IMG/VR virus record: IMGVR_UViG_3300008267_000265
Location: 15,662 to 79,661 of that record
Direction: 5' to 3' (one strand)
Length of the DNA stretch: 64,000 nt
From: a virus
In this document: piece after piece, positions 20,973 through 30,392 of the stretch
Numbering within the stretch: position 1 is the first letter of the stretch
Layout of the letters: every line of letters starts with the position of its first letter
Notes under the pieces: model-generated
Databases searched by the model: none
Told to the model about the DNA's origin: nothing
The model's input: only the letters and a program-made list of their open reading frames with translations
Made by a program: the position numbers and the translations under genes

Positions 20973-22919
20973 TTAGGTTAAATCGGGTTTTATTTGGTTC
21001 TCATTGAGCAGATCGCTCTCCTTGTACAAGTCCACACGTCTTTTACCGAATGCCTCTAAAGCACTTTTGTTTCTTAGGTAAGCCGCAACCGTGTTATTAC
21101 TGTGTTCTTTGTTCTCTTTCAGTGATAATGGTGAGTTTCCTTTGTACTTGACCTTTAAGTTGTCCTCTCCTGTGGTTGGTTTTGACTTCAAGTCATAAAC
21201 ACCCATTCTGTCACGTCCTAATGGATCCTCTGATGTGTTGATAAGTGATACTTTATCTTCAGGTCTGCCTGGCAATTTAACTGGTTCGTTAGGATTAATC
21301 TCGTCGTATCCCTGCGGAACCTCTGTATTGGCTAGGTTAGTGTTGCCGTATCCACCGTACATAGACGCAATCTGATGCGGTGTACCGAATGCTTGGCCTG
21401 ATTGAGCTGGATCATTACCCTCTTCTTCGATTTGTTTGAACCTAAATGCTCTCTTTTTGTCTTCTGCAACAAGGTCTCTGTACTCATCAAACTCTTCCTC
21501 AGAGAAGTGGAACAGTTTATCGTAGATCCAGTCAGTAGGTAACAAGCTAGTTTCCATCATTTGAGCTGCTAAATCCATCTTTTCCTTCATTAATGCCACT
21601 CTTTCTTGTTCGTAAATGATGGATGGAGTTGTTAAACTTAGATCGAAATTAGTTAACGACTCGTCTGTATAACCCTGTGCGTACAAGTGAACTAGTGCTA
21701 TCTTAGTCAATTCACTAAGAACAATGCGCTGAAGTCTCTCGATTGTACGGGCAAAACGGATATCTTCAGCTGCTAATGTCGCTTTACCGGTCAAGTCTTT
21801 CTCATATCCTAAGAACGCTTTTGGTATTTTAAGAGCTGCGAATAGCTTGTTTAGTAGATAGTTGATGTCCTCTATACCGTTGTAATCCAACGCTTTAGCT
21901 GTGTCAATTCTCGTTGATGTATCGTTACCGCGCACAGGGATGAAGAAATCTTCCATCATATTCTGCACGTTAAAGTTGAGATTGTACTGTCCCGTTTTCT
22001 GATCAACAAGTGGTGTTTTCTTCATCTTGTTAATCATTCTTTGCATGTAGTTTTCTACTTCATTTGGCGGAATAGCGCCAACGTTTACATAGAATATTCT
22101 ACGCTCTGGGGCACGTGTGATACGGTGAATTAACATCGCATCTTCCATCAAAACGTACTGCTTATACAATCTACGTCCTGGCTCCAAATAAGATCTACCG
22201 TATGGCAAATAATTTATATCTCCAATCAATCTTAGGTGTGCCATTTCATAGTTATAGAAGGTAATACCTAAGTCAGTATTTTGATATGAGGTTGAGTATC
22301 CCGCAGTTGCACCTAAGGCAGCTGTCGGATCGTACTTGTAAATTACTTCAGATGGATTACTTGGGTTGGTTCCTTCTAAGCGCACAATATTATATGCCGA
22401 GAAAGGAATTACATTATAGACACCAAACTTTTCTGCGATCTCTAATTTCAAGAAGAAATCGCCGTATTTACACATATTCCTAATCCAGAACCACAAATTG
22501 AATTCAATATTCAATACATCGTAGAATAAACTACGAAGGATATGCTGTATGTTTTCGTCTGCTGATCTAATTTGTAATACATCTCCAGTTGCATTCTTTA
22601 ATGTACACTCATCTGCAATAATATCCAAAGCGGATGCTACGATTGGATCTGTATCCATTGCTTCGTAGTCTGCGTAAATTTGAACACGTACATTCTGGTA
22701 ATTCTGAGCGAGATTAAGGTTTACACCGTAGGAAGTTGATGTCGTGTAAATACGATTAAAACGGTCAATAAGTGCATTCGTTTGAAGCACACCATCGACC
22801 TGAATCTTTTCGACATCTACTGTCTTTAAATCTCCACCATCGTTACGTATAATAACGTCCGTGGAAAATAGCCTTTTTAAGGTTGAAAACAGATTTCTCT
22901 GCGGTTGTTGTTCTGCCAT
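20973..22919 (-). CDS. Portal protein (T4 gp20-like)
   Basis: YEAMDTDP...ALDIIADE, MEDAMLIHRITRAPERRIFYVNVG..P, EDFFIPVRG, ALKIPKAFL, EDIRFARTIERLQ. Confidence 0.95.
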   Translation of the reverse strand: MAEQQPQRNLFSTLKRLFSTDVIIRNDGGDLKTVDVEKIQVDGVLQTNALIDRFNRIYTTSTSYGVNLNLAQNYQNVRVQIYADYEAMDTDPIVASALDIIADECTLKNATGDVLQIRSADENIQHILRSLFYDVLNIEFNLWFWIRNMCKYGDFFLKLEIAEKFGVYNVIPFSAYNIVRLEGTNPSNPSEVIYKYDPTAALGATAGYSTSYQNTDLGITFYNYEMAHLRLIGDINYLPYGRSYLEPGRRLYKQYVLMEDAMLIHRITRAPERRIFYVNVGAIPPNEVENYMQRMINKMKKTPLVDQKTGQYNLNFNVQNMMEDFFIPVRGNDTSTRIDTAKALDYNGIEDINYLLNKLFAALKIPKAFLGYEKDLTGKATLAAEDIRFARTIERLQRIVLSELTKIALVHLYAQGYTDESLTNFDLSLTTPSIIYEQERVALMKEKMDLAAQMMETSLLPTDWIYDKLFHFSEEEFDEYRDLVAEDKKRAFRFKQIEEEGNDPAQSGQAFGTPHQIASMYGGYGNTNLANTEVPQGYDEINPNEPVKLPGRPEDKVSLINTSEDPLGRDRMGVYDLKSKPTTGEDNLKVKYKGNSPLSLKENKEHSNNTVAAYLRNKSALEAFGKRRVDLYKESDLLNENQIKPDLT

Positions 22920-22924
22920 ATTTT

Positions 22925-22932
22925 ATAAATAT
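22925..22932 (-). promoter_or_regulatory. Putative late promoter TATTTAT (portal)
   Basis: ATATTTAT 5 nt before the portal ATG. Confidence 0.6.
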
Positions 22933-22944
22933 CTTTTGTCTGTA

Positions 22945-24420
22945 TTATCCCAGCAGCCAGGTTATATCTGTTTGTTCGTTGCCAGCCTGCATTGTCCATG
23001 GGTTATTTTGAGTGTTGGACGTTGGTGTATAAACTTGGAATCCGTCAGTTGTTCTTGTAAAGCTATTGAGGCTTGCGTAGGTTAAATCCATTGCTGTTCG
23101 TCTGAATCTCAATGCTGTATCTCGTAAAAATAATCCAACACATCCTGGCATCACAAGGTCATCGTTGTAGCCATTCATTGCTTGTGCTCTACCGTTCTTC
23201 CAGATGAATACTCTCAGCTCATCTAAGAATCTTTGTGATCTTATTACTACTGTTTTTTCTTCTATGAAGGATCTTGCTTTTTCAATTACAAGTGGTCTCG
23301 TTTTTTGGTTCATTGAGAAGCCTGGAACCATTCCGTCTCCTCTATCAAACTTGGCAACGTATAAATCTATCTGTGTGCCAACTACTTCTGATTTAGGAGA
23401 GTAGTATAGGTTTGCATAGCCAGCTTCTTGAATTGTTGTTACAACATCCCATCCAATACTTGCATTCTCCACGACTAGCATTGCGTTATTCCAATCGGTT
23501 GCAACTGATATTAGCTTGCGTGCAAAGTCTTTGGTTGGTATTTGATCTTTAAACTCTGCTACTTGCTCTAATTCATCTACATCAAATACGTGGAAGGTTG
23601 AGAAGTCTTTTCCGTCTCCACGGGCAACGTCAGCTACAACCATATAGGTCTTCATTGAGTCCGGATACTTCCATATCCAGTAGTTGCCACCTTGATCTCT
23701 TCTTTCAACTGGCTCTCTTACTGTGTTCTCTTGGTAGTAGTTTAGTGTATTCGGTTCAATTACAGTATCACCGGATGTACTGAAGTCACAATCACATTCC
23801 TGCGCAGCTGCTCTCGGTCCTAGTTGAGCTGTTTGCTCGTCTCTCCATGATTGCTCTCTTTCTGGATGTACTGTCCACGGTAAGCTAATTGGAGTAAATT
23901 TATTCTCTCCAACTTGAGCTCTTGTGAACTCTTTATGGAACCAGTTACCAACACCGTTAGGAGTTGATAGTGCAATACATCTACCACCCGTTGCAAGTGT
24001 TTGTTGTGCAGCTGTAAAGATGTCTTCAATACGATCAATGAACGCAGCCTCATCTATTACAAGTAGTGATACCGCTTCCGAACGAGCTGAGTCAGTTGCT
24101 GCTGATACTGCTTTGATTTGCGATCCGTTCTTAAGTCTTAAACTAAGACGGTTATGTTCCATCACCGGTAGCTTCATCCAGGTAGGTAGATTGTCGTATG
24201 CAAATCTAACCTTTGTTACCATATTCTTTGCAGTTGCTTGCGTTGTCGCAAGTACAAGAATATTCTTATCCTGTTCAAAGAGCATCATCCAAAGAGCAAA
24301 TGCAGAGCTCAGCGTTGATATACCGAGCTGTCTTGATTTGTTTATGATCGTGTAATCGTATCTCTGTAGTAGTTTTAACGTCTTTTTTATTGCGTCGTTT
24401 ATGCTTAGTTGGGAAGCCAT
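22945..24420 (-). CDS. terL: Terminase large subunit (T4 gp17-like), N-terminal segment apparently missing
   Basis: KSRQLGIST Walker A, LLVIDEAAF Walker B, STPNG, nuclease ADVARGDGKDFS, VENASIG, GYNDDLVM; no adenine-binding Q-motif segment before Walker A. Confidence 0.92.
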   Translation of the reverse strand: MASQLSINDAIKKTLKLLQRYDYTIINKSRQLGISTLSSAFALWMMLFEQDKNILVLATTQATAKNMVTKVRFAYDNLPTWMKLPVMEHNRLSLRLKNGSQIKAVSAATDSARSEAVSLLVIDEAAFIDRIEDIFTAAQQTLATGGRCIALSTPNGVGNWFHKEFTRAQVGENKFTPISLPWTVHPEREQSWRDEQTAQLGPRAAAQECDCDFSTSGDTVIEPNTLNYYQENTVREPVERRDQGGNYWIWKYPDSMKTYMVVADVARGDGKDFSTFHVFDVDELEQVAEFKDQIPTKDFARKLISVATDWNNAMLVVENASIGWDVVTTIQEAGYANLYYSPKSEVVGTQIDLYVAKFDRGDGMVPGFSMNQKTRPLVIEKARSFIEEKTVVIRSQRFLDELRVFIWKNGRAQAMNGYNDDLVMPGCVGLFLRDTALRFRRTAMDLTYASLNSFTRTTDGFQVYTPTSNTQNNPWTMQAGNEQTDITWLLG

Positions 24421-24452
24421 TTATTTAGGTTATAACCTACGAGTGTTTATTA

Positions 24453-24460
24453 ATAAATAG
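24453..24460 (-). promoter_or_regulatory. Putative late promoter TATTTAT (terminase)
   Basis: CTATTTAT 32 nt before the terminase ATG. Confidence 0.55.
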
Positions 24461-24466
24461 CTAGAA

Positions 24467-24715
24467 TTAGAAGTCAAAGTTTGTTGGCTCCACTGCTGCA
24501 AACATCTTATCCTGTGCTACAAGCGCTAACCAGTCGTTTTTGCTGTACTTAATTCCGTTTACATAATACTCAGGTTGCAACCCTTCTGATTCTGGGTAGG
24601 TTATAGCCGGTCCTTCCAAGGAATGTGGCTTTGCATTTTCTCCAACCCTTTGTGTATAGGTAATTGTTTTACCGCATACAGTTGTCATTGTTTTGTTAAT
24701 AATTGCTGCTCTCAT
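24467..24715 (-). CDS. Hypothetical protein
   Basis: 82 aa with HSLEGPAI...EYYVNGIKY motif (phage H...GPA repeat family); own GTTG-N20 promoter. Confidence 0.6.
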   Translation of the reverse strand: MRAAIINKTMTTVCGKTITYTQRVGENAKPHSLEGPAITYPESEGLQPEYYVNGIKYSKNDWLALVAQDKMFAAVEPTNFDF

Positions 24716-24735
24716 ATCGATTTGTTTATACTAAT

Positions 24736-24765
24736 AATATAGTTCCTTTTATTGGTATTTCCAAC
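24736..24765 (-). promoter_or_regulatory. Putative Bacteroidota-type early/middle promoter
   Basis: GTTG-N20-TATATT upstream of 24715. Confidence 0.55.
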
Positions 24766-24771
24766 AATAAA

Positions 24772-24800
24772 ATAAGAAAACCCAAGCTTACAGGCTTGGG
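24772..24800 (-). terminator. Rho-independent terminator
   Basis: CCCAAGC-ctgtaa-GCTTGGG followed by ttttctt. Confidence 0.8.
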
Positions 24801-24850
24801 CTTGCACCTATGGTCTAGATAGGCTGTCCTAGGGTAGCAGGACGATTATT

Positions 24851-25318
24851 TTATGATTCAGTCTCACCTGCTGTTTCTTCTGCTGGTGTTGGTTCTTCTT
24901 CTGCTGCTTCTGGTTCAGATGTTTGCTCTTCTCCTTCTGGTCCTTTTGTTGTGATTGGGTTACCCAATGCAAGCAGTCTTGCTATTGCATTTATACACCT
25001 CTCTTTCTCACCGATTGTACGAAGATAAAACTTCTTACCAGCCACTGTTGCTTCGTATGCTTTTTCTAAGAAAGTTAGTAGATATTCTTGGTCGTTGTGT
25101 AAAGCAATTTTGAAAGTTGTTGGCTTTGGTGCAATGATGTAGATACCCGTAACGTAATCTTTGAAGGCTGGTGTCATCAACATCTCTAATGTGTGGTTGA
25201 GAGTTGGATACTTTTTAAGAATAAAAGCGATTGGATTATCCTCAAATGATTGTACATTCGGTTCCATCCTCTCCACTTCATTCAATATCAGTCTTCTTAT
25301 AATTGCTTTATTGTTCAT
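24851..25318 (-). CDS. Hypothetical protein
   Basis: Likely start MNNKAIIRRLILNEVE at 25318; APKPTTFKI, V.GKKFYL motifs; acidic tail. Confidence 0.65.
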   Translation of the reverse strand: MNNKAIIRRLILNEVERMEPNVQSFEDNPIAFILKKYPTLNHTLEMLMTPAFKDYVTGIYIIAPKPTTFKIALHNDQEYLLTFLEKAYEATVAGKKFYLRTIGEKERCINAIARLLALGNPITTKGPEGEEQTSEPEAAEEEPTPAEETAGETES

Positions 25319-25319
25319 A

Positions 25320-25850
25320 TTAATATCCTTTTTCTTGAGCTCTGCGTTTAGAATAATCTGAAGCATACTCCTTTTCGTCATCTTCTATTTCAGAGTCGTA
25401 TCCTACCTCATCAATAAACTCTTGTAGTTCTCCTAGTGCCTGCAGCAGTCCTTGTTTATCTGCTGTAGAAATATTTGAATTGGTTGAGATATTTCTCATT
25501 AAGTTACGGACGGTGGTGTCAGCGGCCTGTACTTTTTTTAAATCCACAGATTCAGCTACCACAGCAAATCCCGGTGTTGGTTGCTGCATTGCTCCCATTT
25601 CGTGTTGCTTTCCAATCATATACTCAGCTACTGAGTGCATATAGTCAGCTGCTAAACTAATGTATGCTGAAACCCATCCTGGAAGTTCATCTCCTGGTTG
25701 GATGATGTTTTGTAGTTTTGATGCGTTTGAGATCATATCTCTCAATTCGCTGTCAGCCATTGAAGCTTCGTGATCGTGTCCGTGAGTGTAATCGGTGCCT
25801 TGTCTTTCGCAGTCTCCGCACTCGTTTAGTAAGTTAGCTAATCTGATCAT
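25320..25850 (-). CDS. Hypothetical head-associated protein
   Basis: Start MIRLANLLNEC after a TATTTAT motif; DHEASMA...LPGWVSAYISLAADYM motif. Confidence 0.65.
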   Translation of the reverse strand: MIRLANLLNECGDCERQGTDYTHGHDHEASMADSELRDMISNASKLQNIIQPGDELPGWVSAYISLAADYMHSVAEYMIGKQHEMGAMQQPTPGFAVVAESVDLKKVQAADTTVRNLMRNISTNSNISTADKQGLLQALGELQEFIDEVGYDSEIEDDEKEYASDYSKRRAQEKGY

Positions 25851-25872
25851 TACTGTGTTTTTAATAAATAGT

Positions 25873-26220
25873 TTACTTGTGTTTAATAAGTAATTCACCT
25901 AGAACCTCAATCTTACCAACTATCTCCTGAAAGCGGATCTGAGATATGTCCATCTCTTTGCTGGTGGCTTTGTGTAGTTTCTTGAGTAGTTCTTTGTATT
26001 CTTTTTCTGCTCTCTCGATATCAAACTTACCTTCTGCTGCCTTTTTATAGTATGGCTCTTTTACTTTGAAGTGATGCCAGGTTAGTAGTGCTAGACCACC
26101 TTTATCGTGGGCATTATCAGCAATCTTAGCAGCTCCTTTGCCACGTGTCTCTGCAAAGTCTTCGAAGGTGTCTTTTACTTCTTTCTTTGCTTCGCTTAGT
26201 AGGTCGGTTAGTTTTATCAT
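25873..26220 (-). CDS. Hypothetical head-associated protein
   Basis: Start MIKLTDLLSEA; R.KGA.KI...LT.HHF.VK motif. Confidence 0.6.
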   Translation of the reverse strand: MIKLTDLLSEAKKEVKDTFEDFAETRGKGAAKIADNAHDKGGLALLTWHHFKVKEPYYKKAAEGKFDIERAEKEYKELLKKLHKATSKEMDISQIRFQEIVGKIEVLGELLIKHK

Positions 26221-26582
26221 TAGAATAAGTTGGCTACGGTTAAATTGATAATAAGTGCTATAAAGAATATCATCCAAGCCTGGTTGATTTGTGGTTTAAC
26301 TCCATCCTCATCGAAGTTACCAATGTGATACGGTCTTGTTTTAAAATTAGAGAATCCCATTGTTAATCCAGCTCCAATAAATGCAAATAGATATGCTAAT
26401 ACCACATACCACATTTGATGATCCTTGTCTGCAAATAAGATTGGAAACGGTATACCTACTCCTATTACTATGACTGGTATTAGAGCAAGTAGTGGGGATA
26501 GTATAAAAAAGGATAGACAGTATATTACTGTCCCCGCTATGAAATGGTTTGCTTTGTCGGCTGCTATAATTAGTTTTGTCAT
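26220..26582 (-). CDS. Membrane protein, probably a chimera of two genes
   Basis: Several hydrophobic segments; the DKANHFIAG family N-half stops at IGVG without the usual following KExxD motif. Confidence 0.5.
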   Translation of the reverse strand: MTKLIIAADKANHFIAGTVIYCLSFFILSPLLALIPVIVIGVGIPFPILFADKDHQMWYVVLAYLFAFIGAGLTMGFSNFKTRPYHIGNFDEDGVKPQINQAWMIFFIALIINLTVANLF

Positions 26583-26689
26583 GCTTTTAATTTCTTCAAG
26601 ATCGCATTATTTTGATCTATCTGCTTTTGTTTTTTGATACCACTTCTTTTTGATTTCATTGGTACCTTTTTTAATTTTGCTCTTGCCAT
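26579..26689 (-). CDS. Small basic protein (36 aa)
   Basis: Own translation MARAKLKKVPMKSKRSGIKKQKQIDQNNAILKKLKA*; stop overlaps the next ATG (ATGA). Confidence 0.55.
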   Translation of the reverse strand: MARAKLKKVPMKSKRSGIKKQKQIDQNNAILKKLKA

Positions 26690-26709
26690 TTGTGGAAGCT
26701 CTTTATTAT

Positions 26710-27006
26710 TTATCCTTGTTGCATTAGCTTTTTCATGTACGCTCTAGCATCTTGAAGATCATCTATATCTATAGTCGCTTTAATGTGTGCACGTAGTTCA
26801 TCATCACTAAGCGGTGTCATATCTAGGCGCTCACGTGGCGAAAAGGCTTGTTTAAAAGCAGGTGTGTTTCTGTTCATTACTATAAAGTCAATATCTTCAT
26901 CACTACCCTCTTTAAAGCCATAGCCTCCAAATTCGTTCAACTGTGATTCTTTAATCAATCCAGCTAATTGCTGCATTCTTTTTGCTTCGTTTATTAGTTT
27001 TTTCAT
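26710..27006 (-). CDS. Hypothetical protein with LAG-type leader
   Basis: MKKLINEAKRMQQLAGLIKESQLNE. Confidence 0.65.
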   Translation of the reverse strand: MKKLINEAKRMQQLAGLIKESQLNEFGGYGFKEGSDEDIDFIVMNRNTPAFKQAFSPRERLDMTPLSDDELRAHIKATIDIDDLQDARAYMKKLMQQG

Positions 27007-27009
27007 ATT

Positions 27010-27627
27010 TTACCATGCTCTGCAGGACCAGTAGTTTGCTTTCCATCTTGGTCCAGGGTTTTGACAATGGTGTCTTGCTCTATAGGATTTTCTACGAGCT
27101 GGGATGTTCTTTTTTATTTTCATGTTAGGATCACCGAAGTTCACCTTAACAACGTTTCCTTTTGCATTCTTAACGTATACCGATCTTTTCTTGGGTCCGC
27201 CTGGTGTTAGGAATGGTTTACCTAGCTTTACTTTGCGACCTCTATACTCTGCTTCTTCTAGCTTGTGTTCGTATTCTAATAGATACTCTATCATGCACTC
27301 TGTACAGAAGCTATCTGTCTCGTCCATTGCATTTATTCTATCCGCTGCTTGTTTTGCTTTTTTAAAAGCTTCTGATCCTTTGCGGGCAGGCTTTTCGCCA
27401 CGGGCTTGCTTAGCTCTGATGTTTGCCCATAGACCTTTTAAAGCCTCTTCAACATCAGCTTTTGGATCGTGAAACTCATCATGGGCGTCGTGATTCATTG
27501 TATGCATTTCATTTGCTCTTCTTGCACAGCTTCTCTCTCCTTTTAAATAAGGGGTTGGGCACGATGTTCCTTTTACGTGAACGTGCCCACATCTACCACA
27601 GCATGTACCTTTCTTTTCGTCTAGCAT
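27010..27627 (-). CDS. Conserved basic phage protein (DUF6321-like C-terminus)
   Basis: EAEYRGRKVKLGKP...KKRSVYVKN..GNVVKVNFGDP...RKSYRARH.C...ANYWSC. Confidence 0.7.
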   Translation of the reverse strand: MLDEKKGTCCGRCGHVHVKGTSCPTPYLKGERSCARRANEMHTMNHDAHDEFHDPKADVEEALKGLWANIRAKQARGEKPARKGSEAFKKAKQAADRINAMDETDSFCTECMIEYLLEYEHKLEEAEYRGRKVKLGKPFLTPGGPKKRSVYVKNAKGNVVKVNFGDPNMKIKKNIPARRKSYRARHHCQNPGPRWKANYWSCRAW

Positions 27628-27643
27628 TGCTCTTTAGTTACTA

Positions 27644-27946
27644 CTATCCTATAATCCGGTTAACATCATTCACAAGATTTCGATCTACGTCAACTGTGCT
27701 CCAGTCTGAAAAGTCGATTTCACTATCTATACGCGCTTCAGGATCTTCTTGAGAAGATAGTTCTTTTTGAGAGAGATCAAATGAAATAGAGTATTCGTTA
27801 TCTAACATGTCGACTAGTGTATCTATTTTACCGTTGTTATAAGCTTTCTTTAGAGCGTTTTTAAAAAATCTCTCAGTAGTTCCTTCACCTTCTTTCAAGA
27901 TTCCAGCTAATTGCTGCATTCTTTTTGCTTCGTTGATTAGTTTCAT
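27644..27946 (-). CDS. Hypothetical protein with LAG-type leader
   Basis: MKLINEAKRMQQLAGILKEGE. Confidence 0.65.
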   Translation of the reverse strand: MKLINEAKRMQQLAGILKEGEGTTERFFKNALKKAYNNGKIDTLVDMLDNEYSISFDLSQKELSSQEDPEARIDSEIDFSDWSTVDVDRNLVNDVNRIIG

Positions 27947-27947
27947 A

Positions 27948-28167
27948 TTAATGTAAGAATTTTAGTTTGTACTTAGTTGATATAGCCTCTAACGATTCCG
28001 TATCTACCTTGGAAACTTTCTACCAAACCGTCTGCTAAATCAACGATTTCATCGTAGAAGGTATTCAATGCTGCGTGAGCTGCAAATGAAGTTGTCTGTA
28101 GGTGAAAGATGTGAGCTTGTGTGCGTGATGCAAACAGCGTGCTGATGAATTGTGCGTATTGTTCCAT
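27948..28167 (-). pseudogene. Ferritin/Dps-like (DUF5856-type) protein with internal deletion and frameshift
   Basis: QAHIFHLQT.SFA.H.AL..FYD.I..L.D...ES.QGRYG, then jumps at ~27981 to the family C-terminus STKYKLKFLH* in another frame; may be an assembly artefact. Confidence 0.7.
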
Positions 28168-28508
28168 TATTTTTTATCTTTATTTTCTGGTAATCCGTAT
28201 GGGATGCCTAGTATGCTGTGTACAACACTTCTAAACATTTTTTGCGACTCTACTTGAAATGCTTTTAATAGTAAATCCTGTAGTACTTTATTGCCTACTA
28301 ACAGTGGTATTTTATGGTTTTCTGGACCGTGGTAGAAAGCGCTTATTTCAAGTTTTAATTTATTGTTATCATCCACGTATAATCTAACAGATGGCACGTC
28401 GTCTACCTGCTCCGGGTCAGCGGGTTCATCTATTTGATTAAACTCCTCCTCACCAACAATACCTGCTAGTTCTTGTAATCTTCTTGATTCGTTGATTGAT
28501 TGTTTCAT
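28167..28508 (-). CDS. Hypothetical protein with LAG-type leader
   Basis: MKQSINESRRLQELAGIVGEEE. Confidence 0.65.
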   Translation of the reverse strand: MKQSINESRRLQELAGIVGEEEFNQIDEPADPEQVDDVPSVRLYVDDNNKLKLEISAFYHGPENHKIPLLVGNKVLQDLLLKAFQVESQKMFRSVVHSILGIPYGLPENKDKK

Positions 28509-29122
28509 TACTCCTCTTCTTTTTCGATTTCTTTTTTAGATGCCTCAACCCTTTGATGCTTACTGCGGAGCTCTGCGATTCTTTGTAGCATTTCTTGTGC
28601 TTTCATGTCATTACCCTCATCCATGCAGCGATTAACTTCTTTTTGCAGTTTCTTAATTGTTTCTTCAATTTTAGAAATTACTGTATGCTTCTTATCTTCG
28701 ATTTCTTTTAGTTTATTTTGGATAGCTGCAATAAGCTGGTCAGCTGTTTTTACAGCTTTTGACTCCTCTTTGTAAATGCCGATTACCTCTTCCTCGTACA
28801 AGCCACCTCTAACCTGATTTGCAAAGTGTAATACGTTTGACTCAAACACGATATCTTCCATTGTTGATCCTTCGTTTGGTCTAGTCACTACCCAAAAACT
28901 TCCAACTTCGTCTACCATTTCAGGCTGCTGGGCTTCTTCAATAGACTCATTTACGTGTTTTGGTAATCCTTTGTGCTTTGTAGATGCTACTTTTTCTAAT
29001 TCTTTTTTAGACATCTTAGCCATTGATTTAGCTGCGCCTTTAAGATCTGTTGTTTTTCCTTTTTTCTTAGCTGCTAAAGCTGCTCCTGCTGCTTGTTGTT
29101 GTGCTTTTGATACTGCTGGCAT
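28508..29122 (-). CDS. DUF3008-like N-terminal domain plus coiled-coil protein
   Basis: Start MPAVSKAQQQAAGAALAAKK...MSKKELEKVASTKHKGLP after a TATTTAT motif. Confidence 0.65.
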   Translation of the reverse strand: MPAVSKAQQQAAGAALAAKKKGKTTDLKGAAKSMAKMSKKELEKVASTKHKGLPKHVNESIEEAQQPEMVDEVGSFWVVTRPNEGSTMEDIVFESNVLHFANQVRGGLYEEEVIGIYKEESKAVKTADQLIAAIQNKLKEIEDKKHTVISKIEETIKKLQKEVNRCMDEGNDMKAQEMLQRIAELRSKHQRVEASKKEIEKEEE

Positions 29123-29133
29123 GTTATTGTGAG

Positions 29134-29568
29134 TTATTTTGATTATAAATATCAAGTTTCTTAAGTTCAGCTATACGCTCTTTTACCTGTTGGTATATAG
29201 CTTTCTTGTCTCCTCCTCCCCATTTCTCTACTTCTCCAGCTGATGACACAGTCAAAACAGGTTTTGTGGATGTTCCACATTTTCTTCTCAATATCGTGCG
29301 TTTTCATAAGACCCCCACAATTAGGACAGGAGAGAGGCATTAAAACTAGTTCTTTGATCTTATCGAGTTTGGTAACTGTCTGCTTTATGCCGCTCTTGAT
29401 AGTCCATTTCTTGCCACCCTCTTCCCAGATATCACCTTCTCCGTAGCTCTTCTTCTCTTTTTCCCAGCCAGCTTGCAGTTGTGTTGCATCTCCTGTGTTA
29501 CCTGTGATGATGTTTCTCATTCTTTGCACATCTCTTGGTGCAAATTCTTTCTTTAAATTATTGTCCAT
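29134..29568 (-). pseudogene. Conserved Zn-finger-like phage protein with internal deletion and frameshift
   Basis: EGDIWEE..K.WTIK.GIKQ, CPNC...CFDC, then a frame change at ~29241 to AGEVEKWGGGDKKAIYQQVKERIAELKKLDIYNQK*. Confidence 0.65.
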
Positions 29569-29588
29569 AACATTTTATTTTATTATTA

Positions 29589-30392
29589 TTATTCGTCGTC
29601 GTCTGGAAATAGTTGGTGTGCTTTGCTTGTATCGATTTTCATGAATTTATTTACATCCTTTGGATCAGCTATGACATAGAATAAGCCGTCTTGCTCTTCT
29701 TCAGATGCTTTTCTTGTTCTGTGATTACCGTCTATCAAGATCCACTCTGTCTTTTTTGATTCTGGATCTTCGAACTTTACTACGATTCCAATTGGCTTGC
29801 TGTAATCTATCTTCATAGCAGCTACCTTTGTAGGTTCTGCTACACTAAACTCAGGATGTGATAACTGCTTCATCATATATGGCTTGAATGGCTTAATGTT
29901 GCTTTTAACCTTTCCTGACTCAATCATTTGGTAAGCCCTTGTTACATCAAACAAATACCTACCGTTGTATGCTGAGAATATTTCATTTTCTGGTTTGATC
30001 TTAGCTTCGCTCATCATCTGCGATGACGCATCTAGATCATAAACACTTAAATTCAGCTTACCGTAATCTCTCATTAAGATACCTGCCATCGCATTTGCTT
30101 CGTTCTCAATCTCCGATCCAGTATCACCTGAGTTAGTTGCGATCATACCAAGCTCGTTCTGTCTGTGGTGTACCAGTTCATGTGCCAAACTTCTACACAC
30201 ATCTGCTAAATTTCTGCCTGGGTAGTACAGTCTTATTTGGTTCTCATGCACACTATACTCACCGTATGATCTAAATTGCTCAACAAAGCTTCTATCATTT
30301 ATCAGTTTAATCACAGGTAGCGACTGTATGTTTAACTCTTCTTTACAGTATCTAATAAAGTGTTTTATTATATCAAGCTTGTTTTGGTTCAT
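29589..30392 (-). CDS. Zn-metallopeptidase-like (HExxH) domain fused to a ParB/Srx-like domain
   Basis: RSLAHELVHHRQ...GSEIENEANAMAG; C-half WILIDGNHR. Confidence 0.65.
   Translation of the reverse strand: MNQNKLDIIKHFIRYCKEELNIQSLPVIKLINDRSFVEQFRSYGEYSVHENQIRLYYPGRNLADVCRSLAHELVHHRQNELGMIATNSGDTGSEIENEANAMAGILMRDYGKLNLSVYDLDASSQMMSEAKIKPENEIFSAYNGRYLFDVTRAYQMIESGKVKSNIKPFKPYMMKQLSHPEFSVAEPTKVAAMKIDYSKPIGIVVKFEDPESKKTEWILIDGNHRTRKASEEEQDGLFYVIADPKDVNKFMKIDTSKAHQLFPDDDE

Noticed and set aside
20973-24420. Introns or inteins in terminase or portal
   Set aside because: No insertions, no intein C...HN motifs and no homing endonuclease ORFs; terminase is shorter than expected, not longer.
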